A DNA stretch of 64,000 nucleotides from a virus. Positions 30,212-38,144 of this stretch are shown piece by piece. The stretch is taken from the IMG/VR virus record IMGVR_UViG_3300027762_000214, positions 7,432 to 71,431 of that record; one strand, 5' to 3'. Position 1 is the first letter of the stretch, and each line of letters opens with the position of its first letter. The translations under genes and the position numbers were made by a program. The notes beneath the pieces were generated by a model. That model saw nothing but the letters and a program-made list of their open reading frames with translations, ran no database searches and was not told where the DNA came from.

Positions 30212-30640
30212 ATGAGCTATGAGAATCCTTGGAGATTCAATGGAGAAGTTTTTGAGTCTTCTAATATTCAAGATTATTTTGGTTTTGTTTATCATATACA
30301 CTGCACTACAACTGGTCGTAGTTACATTGGTAGAAAATATTTCTGGAGTTTCCGAACACCGAAGGGAAAATCTAGAAAGGTTAAAGGAGAGTCCGATTGG
30401 AAAAATTATTACGGATCATGTCCCGAACTCAAAGCCGATGTTAACCTTTGGGGAAAGGCATCCTTCAACAGAACAATACTTAGCCTCCATAAAACAAAAG
30501 GACAATGTAACTACGAAGAAACCAAACAGCTTTTCCTAAATAATGTATTGATAGAGTCGCTTGACGATGGCACCCCTGCGTACTACAATAGCAATATCCT
30601 AGGACGCTACATGCGAAAAGACTATGGTAACTTTGATTGA
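30212..30640 (+). CDS. GIY-YIG family nuclease (Seg-like)
   Basis: GFVYHI...SYIGRK, YYGS and YYNSNI. Confidence 0.8.
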   Translation: MSYENPWRFNGEVFESSNIQDYFGFVYHIHCTTTGRSYIGRKYFWSFRTPKGKSRKVKGESDWKNYYGSCPELKADVNLWGKASFNRTILSLHKTKGQCNYEETKQLFLNNVLIESLDDGTPAYYNSNILGRYMRKDYGNFD

Positions 30641-30812
30641 GACTCTTCGTTTATCCCACGATTGGGCAATTGATCGTATTCATACTCTTTGTGATATAAA
30701 TGAAGAACATGAATACCAAAACGCATACGCAATTCAAAAAGAATTTAGTGAATGGTTAGATCCTAAAATTGAAGATCATGATATTTTTTCACTCGAATAC
30801 ATAGGGGACTAA
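30624..30812 (+). CDS. Hypothetical protein
   Basis: Overlapping ORF in the operon. Confidence 0.6.
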   Translation: MVTLIETLRLSHDWAIDRIHTLCDINEEHEYQNAYAIQKEFSEWLDPKIEDHDIFSLEYIGD

Positions 30813-30815
30813 AAA

Positions 30816-31520
30816 ATGCAAATTGATCTCCATAATTTCTTTAAATTTTATGATGAAAAAAATCCAAAACATGTTGCAGCAGTAGAGCAACTTGAGAAAG
30901 ATCTTCTTGCGAGAGCAAATGATCTAATGCAAGATAATGCAAATTGGGTTAGAATTTTTAGGTCAACGGTAGAAGCACCAAAGACAGATATTTTACAAGT
31001 TCCTTTCTATCCTCAGACAGATAACTATAGGGACGCACAAAGAACTTGTAATTCCTCATCTTGTGCTATGTGTCTTGAGTATTTCAAACCAGGAACACTT
31101 CAAGGACCTAAAGGCGATGATGCCTACATTCAGAAAGTTTTCGCAGTGGGCGATACAACTGATCATTCCGTTCAAACAAAAGTTTTATCATCTTACGGTA
31201 TTAATTCACGATTTAGTTACAATCTCTCTTTTGCTGATCTTGATAGGGAGCTTGCCGCTGGGAGACCTGTCATTATCGGGATTCTTCATCGGGGTACTTT
31301 ATCTTCACCTACTGGCGGGCACATGGTTGTAGTGATTGGTAAGACTGCTTCTGGGGATTATGTTGTTAATGACCCTTATGGATCATTAAACGATAGTTAT
31401 ACTGGACCTGTTACAAACGGAAGAGGTGCTGTATATAAGAAGTCTGTCCTAGAAAAAAGATGGACTGTTGATGGACCATCTTCAGGATGGGGGAGAATAT
31501 TTGAAACAAAAAAGTCTTGA
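30816..31520 (+). CDS. Peptidase C39-like (papain fold) protein
   Basis: VPFYPQTDN, CNSSSCAM, GGHMVVVIG and VNDPYG. Confidence 0.85.
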   Translation: MQIDLHNFFKFYDEKNPKHVAAVEQLEKDLLARANDLMQDNANWVRIFRSTVEAPKTDILQVPFYPQTDNYRDAQRTCNSSSCAMCLEYFKPGTLQGPKGDDAYIQKVFAVGDTTDHSVQTKVLSSYGINSRFSYNLSFADLDRELAAGRPVIIGILHRGTLSSPTGGHMVVVIGKTASGDYVVNDPYGSLNDSYTGPVTNGRGAVYKKSVLEKRWTVDGPSSGWGRIFETKKS

Positions 31521-31573
31521 GTTCTACTTCAGGCATAAGTGAAGGTGAATTGCCTATAAGAGGAGTAGAACTT
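31489..31573 (+). promoter_or_regulatory. Putative -1 programmed ribosomal frameshift signal
   Basis: SD-like GGGGGAG at 31489-95, in-frame A_AAA_AAG at 31508-14, and a hairpin at 31520-31572. Confidence 0.7.
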
Positions 31574-32008
31574 ATAAAAGAATTTGAAGGATGTCATTTG
31601 AATGCATATCCAGATCCACTAACTGGGGGACTTCCGATTACAATTGGGTGGGGAAGTACAAAAGATTTTGATGGACAACCTTTTAAAGTTGGTAGAAAAA
31701 TCACTCAAAAGTATGCCGATGCTTTATTAGAGTTTGATCTTAAAAATCGTTTTCTATTTTCACTCAAAAATATCCCTTACTGGAATGAAATGAATGAAAA
31801 CCAACAAGGTGCTCTTCTATCTTTTGCTTATAATCTTGGTGCTCGCTTTTACGGGTCTTCTAATTTTAATACCATCACTAAAGTATTAAAAAACAAAGAA
31901 TGGGATAAAGTTCCTGATGCTCTTTATCTTTATCACAACCCAGGAACAAAAGTTGCTGAGGGATTGAAGAGAAGAAGAATTGCTGAAGGAAAACTTTGGT
32001 CTTCTTAA
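31517..32008 (+). CDS. GH24 phage lysozyme (probably also or only made as a frameshift fusion to the C39 ORF)
   Basis: IKEFEGCHLNAYPDP...TIGWGST, ALLSFAYNLG and GLKRRRIAE; only a TTG start with no adjacent SD. Confidence 0.88.
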   Translation: MSSTSGISEGELPIRGVELIKEFEGCHLNAYPDPLTGGLPITIGWGSTKDFDGQPFKVGRKITQKYADALLEFDLKNRFLFSLKNIPYWNEMNENQQGALLSFAYNLGARFYGSSNFNTITKVLKNKEWDKVPDALYLYHNPGTKVAEGLKRRRIAEGKLWSS

Positions 32009-32244
32009 TCTTCTACCTTTGTTCTTAATGCAATAACTGTAGTCAAAATAGTCAATAAAGTTTCATACCCTCTTCTTTCAGATTCTTTGCAATCTAAAGG
32101 AGGAGGGTTTTTTAATTCTCCTTTTGCATTAGCTCCACTTAAAGATCCAGGAAGCATGAAATTGCAGGTCACAAAATTCATACCAACAAATCCAATAGTA
32201 GCAAAACATACTATAAAGATTAGTTTGGTTAGATTTAGTTTCAT
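32005..32244 (-). CDS. Small membrane/secreted hypothetical protein
   Basis: N-terminal hydrophobic helix; part of a short minus-strand operon. Confidence 0.55.
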   Translation of the reverse strand: MKLNLTKLIFIVCFATIGFVGMNFVTCNFMLPGSLSGANAKGELKNPPPLDCKESERRGYETLLTILTTVIALRTKVED

Positions 32245-32432
32245 CTTCCTTCTTGTTTATGAATCCAAGTTTTCAATTCTGCAAGATATTCTCTCAACAT
32301 ATCTGCTTTTTCTAGATGCCAAATATCACCACTCTTGAAGTACTCTTGAGTGTGGTTATCAATTGCCTTTAGAATGTTGTGTATTGGTGCATTCCAAGGC
32401 TCACGCTTGGGGGTATTCCATTCTCTTGGCAT
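32241..32432 (-). CDS. Hypothetical protein
   Basis: MPREWNTPKREPWN...; coupled to the next ORF. Confidence 0.65.
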   Translation of the reverse strand: MPREWNTPKREPWNAPIHNILKAIDNHTQEYFKSGDIWHLEKADMLREYLAELKTWIHKQEGR

Positions 32433-32435
32433 ACA

Positions 32436-32549
32436 TCACTTTTTCTTCCCACCGTTTTTTGCTTTCTTAGCAGTGGCATTGCCTTGATTTTGCTTAGATT
32501 GTTTTCCGCCAGCGGAACCTTTTTTTCCTTTATTGGGTGACTTTGCCAT
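32436..32549 (-). CDS. Very basic 37-aa peptide (MAKSPNKGKKGSAGGKQSKQNQGNATAKKAKNGGKKK)
   Basis: ATG..TGA; a minus-strand TATAAATA (tatttata ~32571-32578) lies just upstream. Confidence 0.6.
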   Translation of the reverse strand: MAKSPNKGKKGSAGGKQSKQNQGNATAKKAKNGGKKK

Positions 32550-32762
32550 TAGTTTATAGGCATAACATTTTATTTATATGGAACAGTTTGAAAATTAGAA
32601 CTTCTTGACAAATCCTAAATATTAACTTATTATGTAAAAATCCCTGTTATGAGCAGGGTTTTTTGTTATGAGACTTTGAGTGTGATTTAGAGCCGTGGGC
32701 GCTGCCCCTGAGAAGGGGAACTTCTCCTTTGCCTATACGGATGTAGAGTTCAATTAATTTTA

Positions 32763-33431
32763 ATGCAAAACTTCTTTACTGTAGCCCTGCCTCTTATGGC
32801 AACGGTTACAACCAGTACGGCATCACTGCCATTCGTCAACTACAAGATGCAAGGTCCTCCACCACCAGTGGAACCAACGACTAAACCATTTGCTATTATC
32901 AAAGAATTTGAACTTGTAGATGAAAAGAAGACAGCAATCCGCGAGGTTGCACCATCAAAGCCAAAACAGACAAGGCTAATTTGTAAAGGGTGTAATGAAC
33001 ATGAGAATGCTACCCTGGCATTTTTCCAGGATCGTGGTGTTAAAGACAGAAACGCCCTTGCTACTATCATGGGCAATATTAGACAAGAATCCACATTCGT
33101 GCCTAATATCTGCGAAGGTGGTAGCAGAACCAGTTGGAATAACTGTGGACGCGGTTATGGACTGATTCAATGGACATCTGCCGATCGTTATTATGGATTG
33201 GGTGATTTTGCTAAGAAGTATGGAGGATCTCCGTCATCACTTCAAACGCAACTTCGTTATCTAACGACTGAAGTTCAATGGCAACGTATTGAGAACAGGA
33301 TGAAAACTCCTGGTAAGTCTATCAATAGTTACATGGACTATGCGTATAGTTGGATTGGTTGGGGGCATCATGGTGCCCGCACTTCGTATGCACATGAATA
33401 TGCTAACCGACTAATCACGGTAGAAGTTTAA
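32763..33431 (+). CDS. Secreted lysozyme-like protein (Phage_lysozyme2-like)
   Basis: Signal-like N-terminus; IMGNIRQES and GYGLIQWT...R. Confidence 0.75.
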   Translation: MQNFFTVALPLMATVTTSTASLPFVNYKMQGPPPPVEPTTKPFAIIKEFELVDEKKTAIREVAPSKPKQTRLICKGCNEHENATLAFFQDRGVKDRNALATIMGNIRQESTFVPNICEGGSRTSWNNCGRGYGLIQWTSADRYYGLGDFAKKYGGSPSSLQTQLRYLTTEVQWQRIENRMKTPGKSINSYMDYAYSWIGWGHHGARTSYAHEYANRLITVEV

Positions 33432-33466
33432 TATATAAGGGGAGTGCTGCAGACCTCCCCTTTCTT

Positions 33467-33865
33467 ATGTTTAACTTCGGAAAAAAGAAACCAGATATAA
33501 AACAATATGCAATTATAGGAATTGTATTATCATCTATTATTGCAGCACTTTCACAATGTACAGGAGTTTCTGAGAGTAGTCTTTGGGATTTACTTGATGA
33601 AGTTCAAAGAAAGTATTTTCCACAAACTATTCTTAATGAGTTTGTTATTAAAGATTCTGAGAAATTAGAACGTAGAGTTAATCGTGATGTTGATCGGGCA
33701 ATTAATGACGTAATTCCAGAGTATGATCGGATTATTTCCGATTATAACCAAAAATATAAACCAAAATATGTAGAAAAAGAACCAGATGGGAGTGAAGCTC
33801 AGCGTCTACTTGGCGGAGAAATGAGAATTTGTGCTCCTTGGGTTGACGACTGCCCTAAAAACTAA
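33467..33865 (+). CDS. Hypothetical membrane-anchored protein
   Basis: N-terminal TM segment followed by SQC. Confidence 0.65.
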   Translation: MFNFGKKKPDIKQYAIIGIVLSSIIAALSQCTGVSESSLWDLLDEVQRKYFPQTILNEFVIKDSEKLERRVNRDVDRAINDVIPEYDRIISDYNQKYKPKYVEKEPDGSEAQRLLGGEMRICAPWVDDCPKN

Positions 33866-33902
33866 CTATATAATCATATCCTATTTTATTTTGGAGATTA
33901 TT

Positions 33903-34091
33903 ATGTCCGTATCAGAAAACCTACTTAATGCTGTTGAAGCATGGAAAGTAAATGACGAAAAGTTCACTGCTGGAAACAATTCCGCAGGAACTCGTGCTCG
34001 CAAAGCACTTCAGGAAATTGCCAAGCTTGTTAAGGCACGTAGAGCAGAAATTACTGAAGAAAAGAACGCTCGTAAGGAAGCAACGGCTTGA
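33903..34091 (+). CDS. Hc1-like small basic protein
   Basis: KFTAGNNSAGTRARKALQEIAKLVKARRAEI; SD GGAG. Confidence 0.7.
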   Translation: MSVSENLLNAVEAWKVNDEKFTAGNNSAGTRARKALQEIAKLVKARRAEITEEKNARKEATA

Positions 34092-34202
34092 CTTCATGCC
34101 ACTGTTGCCCTATAATACTCTCATGGGCAGGTGAGGTTCCAACCCTCCTCTAAGACCCACCCCTTTCATGCCTCTCATAGAAGCACAAACCGAAAGGGTT
34201 AT

Positions 34203-34274
34203 GGGACTGTCGCCTATTGGTTAAGGCCCACTGCTTATAACGGTGTGAACGGAGTTCAATTCTCCGCAGTCCTA
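34203..34274 (+). tRNA. tRNA-Ile(TAT)
   Basis: Acceptor GGGACTG/CAGTCCT-A; stem CACTG/CGGTG; loop CT-TAT-AA. Confidence 0.85.
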
Positions 34275-34296
34275 TTGGCAATCTTTTTTGCCTTAT

Positions 34297-34370
34297 GGGT
34301 TAGTAGCTCAGATGGATAGAGCCACAAACTTCTAATTTGTTGGTCGGGGGTTCGAGTCCCTCCTAACCCG
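34297..34370 (+). tRNA. tRNA-Arg(TCT)
   Basis: Canonical cloverleaf; loop CT-TCT-AA. Confidence 0.93.
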
Positions 34371-34545
34371 CTTGGAGAATTTATCTCCATATATAATATG
34401 ATAGAGGGTAAGTCACTGTTATATCCTTATGAGGTATATCACACTTACTCCATCAAATGTAGGAAGTGCAACACCTCTCGCTGGTTTAGACTGGATGATG
34501 TGAAAGGTGATTCTATCCGCACATAGAAATCCCTCCTACCATTAT

Positions 34546-34618
34546 TCCCATCGACCGAGCAAGCGAACGGGCCCGACTGTTAATCGGAGATTGGTAGGGG
34601 CAGTACCTACGATGGGAG
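34546..34618 (+). tRNA. tRNA-Asn(GTT), non-canonical D and T loops
   Basis: Acceptor TCCCATC/GATGGGA-G, loop CT-GTT-AA, T stem GTAGG/CCTAC with loop GGCAGTA. Confidence 0.7.
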
Positions 34619-34725
34619 TTGGAAGAACTGGAAATGTCTGGGTCTTCCATAAGAGTCGGGATCATCATATCCGACTCACTAAATCCTAAGTTTTCTTAGG
34701 TCGGGGATTTGATCACCCCCGCGTT

Positions 34726-34797
34726 GCCCTTGTAGCTCAGTGGTAGAGCAACGGTTTTGTAAACCGTTGGTCGTCTGTTCAAATCAGATCGGGGGCT
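34726..34797 (+). tRNA. tRNA-Thr(TGT)
   Basis: Canonical; stem ACGGT/ACCGT, loop TT-TGT-AA. Confidence 0.92.
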
Positions 34798-34874
34798 TGA
34801 CATAATACTCATTATGTCTTATACTTTCTTTTGTGTGAAGGAAGTGCGCTGGGAGAGAAATCTCCCACCAAATT

Positions 34875-34946
34875 GCGGAGTTAGTTCAGTGGTAGAACGC
34901 TATCCTTCCAAGTTAGATGTCGTCGGTTCAAATCCGATACTCCGCT
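34875..34946 (+). tRNA. tRNA-Gly(TCC)
   Basis: GCGGAGT/ACTCCGC-T; loop CT-TCC-AA. Confidence 0.92.
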
Positions 34947-35088
34947 TCTTAACCAAATCTTAGTTGACAAAAAACTGAAAGTGATCTAAGATACTATCCA
35001 ATCTTAAGGTTTGCTTAAGATCCCCTAAATAACGAAGATTTGCTTTGTTGTAAATCTTCATATTGTCCTATAGCACATAAACATTTTT

Positions 35089-36555
35089 ATGAAACTCAAA
35101 CAACTGATGCTTGCACCTGTTGCTCTGGGAATGGTTGCTCCTGTTGCTGCGAATGCCGCAGATCTTAATATGGCAGCAGTCAACCAATACTCCATTGAAC
35201 AGGTTACAAGTGTTTCGCAACTTTCTGACGTTCAACCTTCAGATTGGGCATATCAGGCACTTTCCAATCTTGTTGAGCGTTATGGTTGTGTTGCTGGTTA
35301 TCCCAACGGCACCTATGGTGGTGGTCGTGCAATGACCCGTTATGAAGCAGCTGCTCTCCTGAATGCTTGCCTTGACCGTGTTACTGAAGTGACTGATGAA
35401 CTCCAACGTCTATCGAAAGAGTTTTCTGAAGAACTTGCTGTTATCCGTGGTCGTGTTGATAAACTTGAAGCACAAGTTGGGCAACTTGAGGCAACTCAAT
35501 TTTCCACCACTACCAAACTGCGTGGTGAAGCAAACTTCGTTCTCGGTGGTGTAGATAATTATCAAACCAAGGATGGTGACATTACTCATACCGCATTCAA
35601 CTATGATCTGCGTCTGAATCTGGATACTTCCTTCACTGGTAAGGATCTTCTTCGCACTCGTCTGCGTTCTTCTAACTTCAGCAGCAATCCTTTTGGTTCT
35701 AGTTCTTCCCTGTTCAAACTGGACAAGGCAGACAACACCACCAGTGAAGTTGGTAACAACGTAGTTATTGACCGACTGTTCTATCAGTTCCCTGCTTTCA
35801 ATAACAAAGCAACTCTGACTGCTGGTGCTGCAGTTCGTAACACTGAGATTGCCTGGGTTCCTTCTGCTTATAAGTCTGGTATTCTTGATTTCTTTGCTGT
35901 TGCTGGTACTCCTGGCGTCTATAACAAGGCAACTGGTGCTGGTTTCGGTGTTCAGTATGGTAAGAAAGGTCTTATTGCTGGCGTGAACTACGTTGCTCAA
36001 AATGGTAATGATAGTGAGACTGGTGTATTTGATGAGACTGGTGCTCTGAATACTCTTGCACAAATCGGTTATCGTGGTAAGAACTACGGTGTTGCATTCG
36101 GTTATCGTTATGGTACTGAAGGCACTCGTGTTCGCACCTACAATGGTATTGATGGTGCTTCTGGTACTCTGGTCCCTGGTCAAACCTCCAACGGTTATGC
36201 TCTGAATGCATATTGGGAGCCTGAGAAGTCGGGTATTATCCCCGCTATCTCCGCTGGTTATGGTTGGAACACCGTGAGTGGAACTGCTAGCGATGCTACC
36301 AACAGTCAGTCCTGGTTTGCTGGTCTGACTTGGGATGATGTGTTTGTTGATGGCAACTCTGCTGGTGTTGCTATCGGTCAAGCACCTACTGGTGAAGATC
36401 TAGAAAAGGCAACGATGCTTGAAATCTTCTACAAGTATCAAGTGTCAGACAACATCAGTGTCACTCCTGCTATCATCTATGGTAGCGACAACCAGCGTCT
36501 TGCTAACAACTCCTCTAACTGGGGTGGTGTAATTCAGACGACTTTCCGTTTCTGA
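35089..36555 (+). CDS. Cyanobacterial SLH-domain outer-membrane porin (Som/OprB-like)
   Basis: Signal peptide; SLH SDVQPSDWAYQAL...TRYEAAA; QFSTTTKLRGE; C-terminal TTFRF. Confidence 0.93.
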   Translation: MKLKQLMLAPVALGMVAPVAANAADLNMAAVNQYSIEQVTSVSQLSDVQPSDWAYQALSNLVERYGCVAGYPNGTYGGGRAMTRYEAAALLNACLDRVTEVTDELQRLSKEFSEELAVIRGRVDKLEAQVGQLEATQFSTTTKLRGEANFVLGGVDNYQTKDGDITHTAFNYDLRLNLDTSFTGKDLLRTRLRSSNFSSNPFGSSSSLFKLDKADNTTSEVGNNVVIDRLFYQFPAFNNKATLTAGAAVRNTEIAWVPSAYKSGILDFFAVAGTPGVYNKATGAGFGVQYGKKGLIAGVNYVAQNGNDSETGVFDETGALNTLAQIGYRGKNYGVAFGYRYGTEGTRVRTYNGIDGASGTLVPGQTSNGYALNAYWEPEKSGIIPAISAGYGWNTVSGTASDATNSQSWFAGLTWDDVFVDGNSAGVAIGQAPTGEDLEKATMLEIFYKYQVSDNISVTPAIIYGSDNQRLANNSSNWGGVIQTTFRF

Positions 36556-36620
36556 TAGATTAATGGGGGGTTGACAAAACCCCCTTTTTGGTCTATTATA
36601 GATAACGAGTTAGGAGTTCT

Positions 36621-36815
36621 ATGTCTCTTATTTCCCAACGTGATAGACAACTTGCTATTGAAGCATTGGAGTATTATCGTGATGATACTCTTCGTAAATA
36701 TCAAGCATTTAAAGATCTTGGAGTTTCTGATGTTCACTTAAACGATACTTTTATCATGGAACTTAATGCTCTTATCAATTGGGTCAAACTAGAATATTCA
36801 AAGAATGAAAATTAA
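36621..36815 (+). CDS. Hypothetical protein
   Basis: SD AGGAG; sigma70-like promoter upstream. Confidence 0.65.
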   Translation: MSLISQRDRQLAIEALEYYRDDTLRKYQAFKDLGVSDVHLNDTFIMELNALINWVKLEYSKNEN

Positions 36816-36969
36816 TCTCTGGTACTGTAATGAAATGAAACAGTGGCGTTGGACTTTAACTGAAGATCATCGTCCAATCATTAAACAAGAATCAGGACAA
36901 AGAGAAAATCTACGAGATGCTATGAACGATGTAGCAAATACAGTAGAATATATGATGAGACAATATTGA
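36805..36969 (+). CDS. Small hypothetical protein (54 aa, MKINLWYCNEMKQWRWTL...)
   Basis: Overlapping ORF below the track cutoff. Confidence 0.6.
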   Translation: MKINLWYCNEMKQWRWTLTEDHRPIIKQESGQRENLRDAMNDVANTVEYMMRQY

Positions 36970-36976
36970 CTTTTTT

Positions 36977-37049
36977 GGGCGATTAACTCAGCGGTTAGAG
37001 TGTCTGCTTTACACGCAGAAAGTCCACGGTTCGAATCCGTGATTGCCCA
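36977..37049 (+). tRNA. tRNA-Val(TAC)
   Basis: GGGCGAT/ATTGCCC-A; loop TT-TAC-AC. Confidence 0.92.
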
Positions 37050-37077
37050 TTTTATAAATACTTCAAAAAGAAGTATA

Positions 37078-37512
37078 ATGGAAACCCTTTATAAACTTTT
37101 AAGTGATACGCAAGCATCACTTTTCTTGCTATTCCAAAAAACTTGGGTTTATCACTGGCATGTTGTTGGTGAAGATTTCAAACAAATTCATGACTTGTTT
37201 GGGGATCAATATGTGCAAATTCAGAAAGAAATTGACCGTCTTTCTGAACATATGAGATTTTTGGGTATTAAACCTGTAAGTTCTTTATCCAGGGTTCTTG
37301 AAGTTTCTGGTGTAGGAGAAGCAAAAACAAATATAACTTCCATGGAAATGATTAGTGATCTCTTGAAAGATCATAAAAAAATGATTTCTATGTTTAATGA
37401 TGCTGCAATAGAAGCAGAAAATCAAAAGTCTAGAGGAACAATTAATCTTCTTGATGATTTAAATGAAGCACATGGGAAGTTTGTTTGGATGTTAAGATCG
37501 TTTACCGAATAA
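37078..37512 (+). CDS. dps: Dps/ferritin-like protein
   Basis: YHWHVVGEDFKQIHDLF, IDRLSEHMR and KFVWML. The track start at 37000 lies inside the tRNA, so the start was moved. Confidence 0.88.
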   Translation: METLYKLLSDTQASLFLLFQKTWVYHWHVVGEDFKQIHDLFGDQYVQIQKEIDRLSEHMRFLGIKPVSSLSRVLEVSGVGEAKTNITSMEMISDLLKDHKKMISMFNDAAIEAENQKSRGTINLLDDLNEAHGKFVWMLRSFTE

Positions 37513-37530
37513 AATAAAAATTATAATTGT

Positions 37531-37788
37531 ATGGAAAATTTAAGAATCAGATGTCGCTCTTGTGGAAGAGAGTTAGAAGGGCATCCTACTAGAACTATAA
37601 CTTGTGGTTGTCCTAATATGGCAACAATTCGTGGTGGAGTGATTTCTGCTCTTGACTTATCACAAGTTGTTATGCTAAACTCTTATAATATAAAAGCAAA
37701 ATCTAGTGTTCTTACCAATGAAGATATTCAATGGCAAGAGGCACGTCGTCAACGTAAGGTTAAACGATTAGATTTTGAAGTTCGTTGA
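37531..37788 (+). CDS. Hypothetical Zn-ribbon protein
   Basis: CRSC...CGC motif. Confidence 0.7.
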   Translation: MENLRIRCRSCGRELEGHPTRTITCGCPNMATIRGGVISALDLSQVVMLNSYNIKAKSSVLTNEDIQWQEARRQRKVKRLDFEVR

Positions 37789-37797
37789 GGACTTTTT

Positions 37798-37880
37798 GGA
37801 GAGAGTCCGGTTGGTCGAGGACACCGCCTTGAAAGCGGCTGGGTTTAAAAGCTTCGCAGGTTCGATTCCTGTTCTCTCCG
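37798..37880 (+). tRNA. tRNA-Ser(TGA)
   Basis: GGAGAGA/TCTCTCC-G; loop CT-TGA-AA; long variable arm. Confidence 0.92.
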
Positions 37881-37994
37881 TTTAGAAACATTACAAAATT
37901 TAAGATTGTTTTAATGTGTGTTTTTGTATCAACACAAACTTGACATTCTTAAAATGCTGACTAGTATAACTAGTAGTATTCAACTTTAAGTTTT

Positions 37995-38144
37995 ATGGAT
38001 CAGCACACCTATGACAATTGGGTGAAGATCAAGGCAACCTTTGAAGAGTCTGGTAATACGGACAATATGTTTTATAAACGAGCAGTTGAAATTGTAAAAA
38101 CCCGCAGAGATCCTCTTGCAAAGTTTCTTGGAGATGAGAAATGA
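37995..38144 (+). CDS. Small hypothetical protein (49 aa, MDQHTYDNWVKIK...)
   Basis: ORF after a TTGACA promoter; coupled to the next ORF. Confidence 0.6.
   Translation: MDQHTYDNWVKIKATFEESGNTDNMFYKRAVEIVKTRRDPLAKFLGDEK

Noticed and set aside
34488-34530. Hammerhead ribozyme (ctggatga...gaaa)
   Set aside because: The core is not CUGAUGA and the three stems could not be built.
34131-34689. Track ORFs 34131..34319 and 34507..34689
   Set aside because: They run through tRNA genes and are spurious.
35410-36381. 323-aa antisense ORF in the porin (also 2051..2827 and others)
   Set aside because: Shadow ORFs caused by sense-strand codon bias; no motifs or RBS.
37000-37077. N-terminal extension of Dps
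   Set aside because: It overlaps tRNA-Val; the late promoter at 37053 supports the ATG at 37078.
37798-37880. tRNA with TGA as an opal suppressor or Sec tRNA
   Set aside because: Anticodon UGA reads UCA (Ser); a suppressor would need anticodon UCA.
37925-37940. NtcA box upstream of the gnd cluster
   Set aside because: GTA-N8-AAC is only a partial match in AT-rich DNA.
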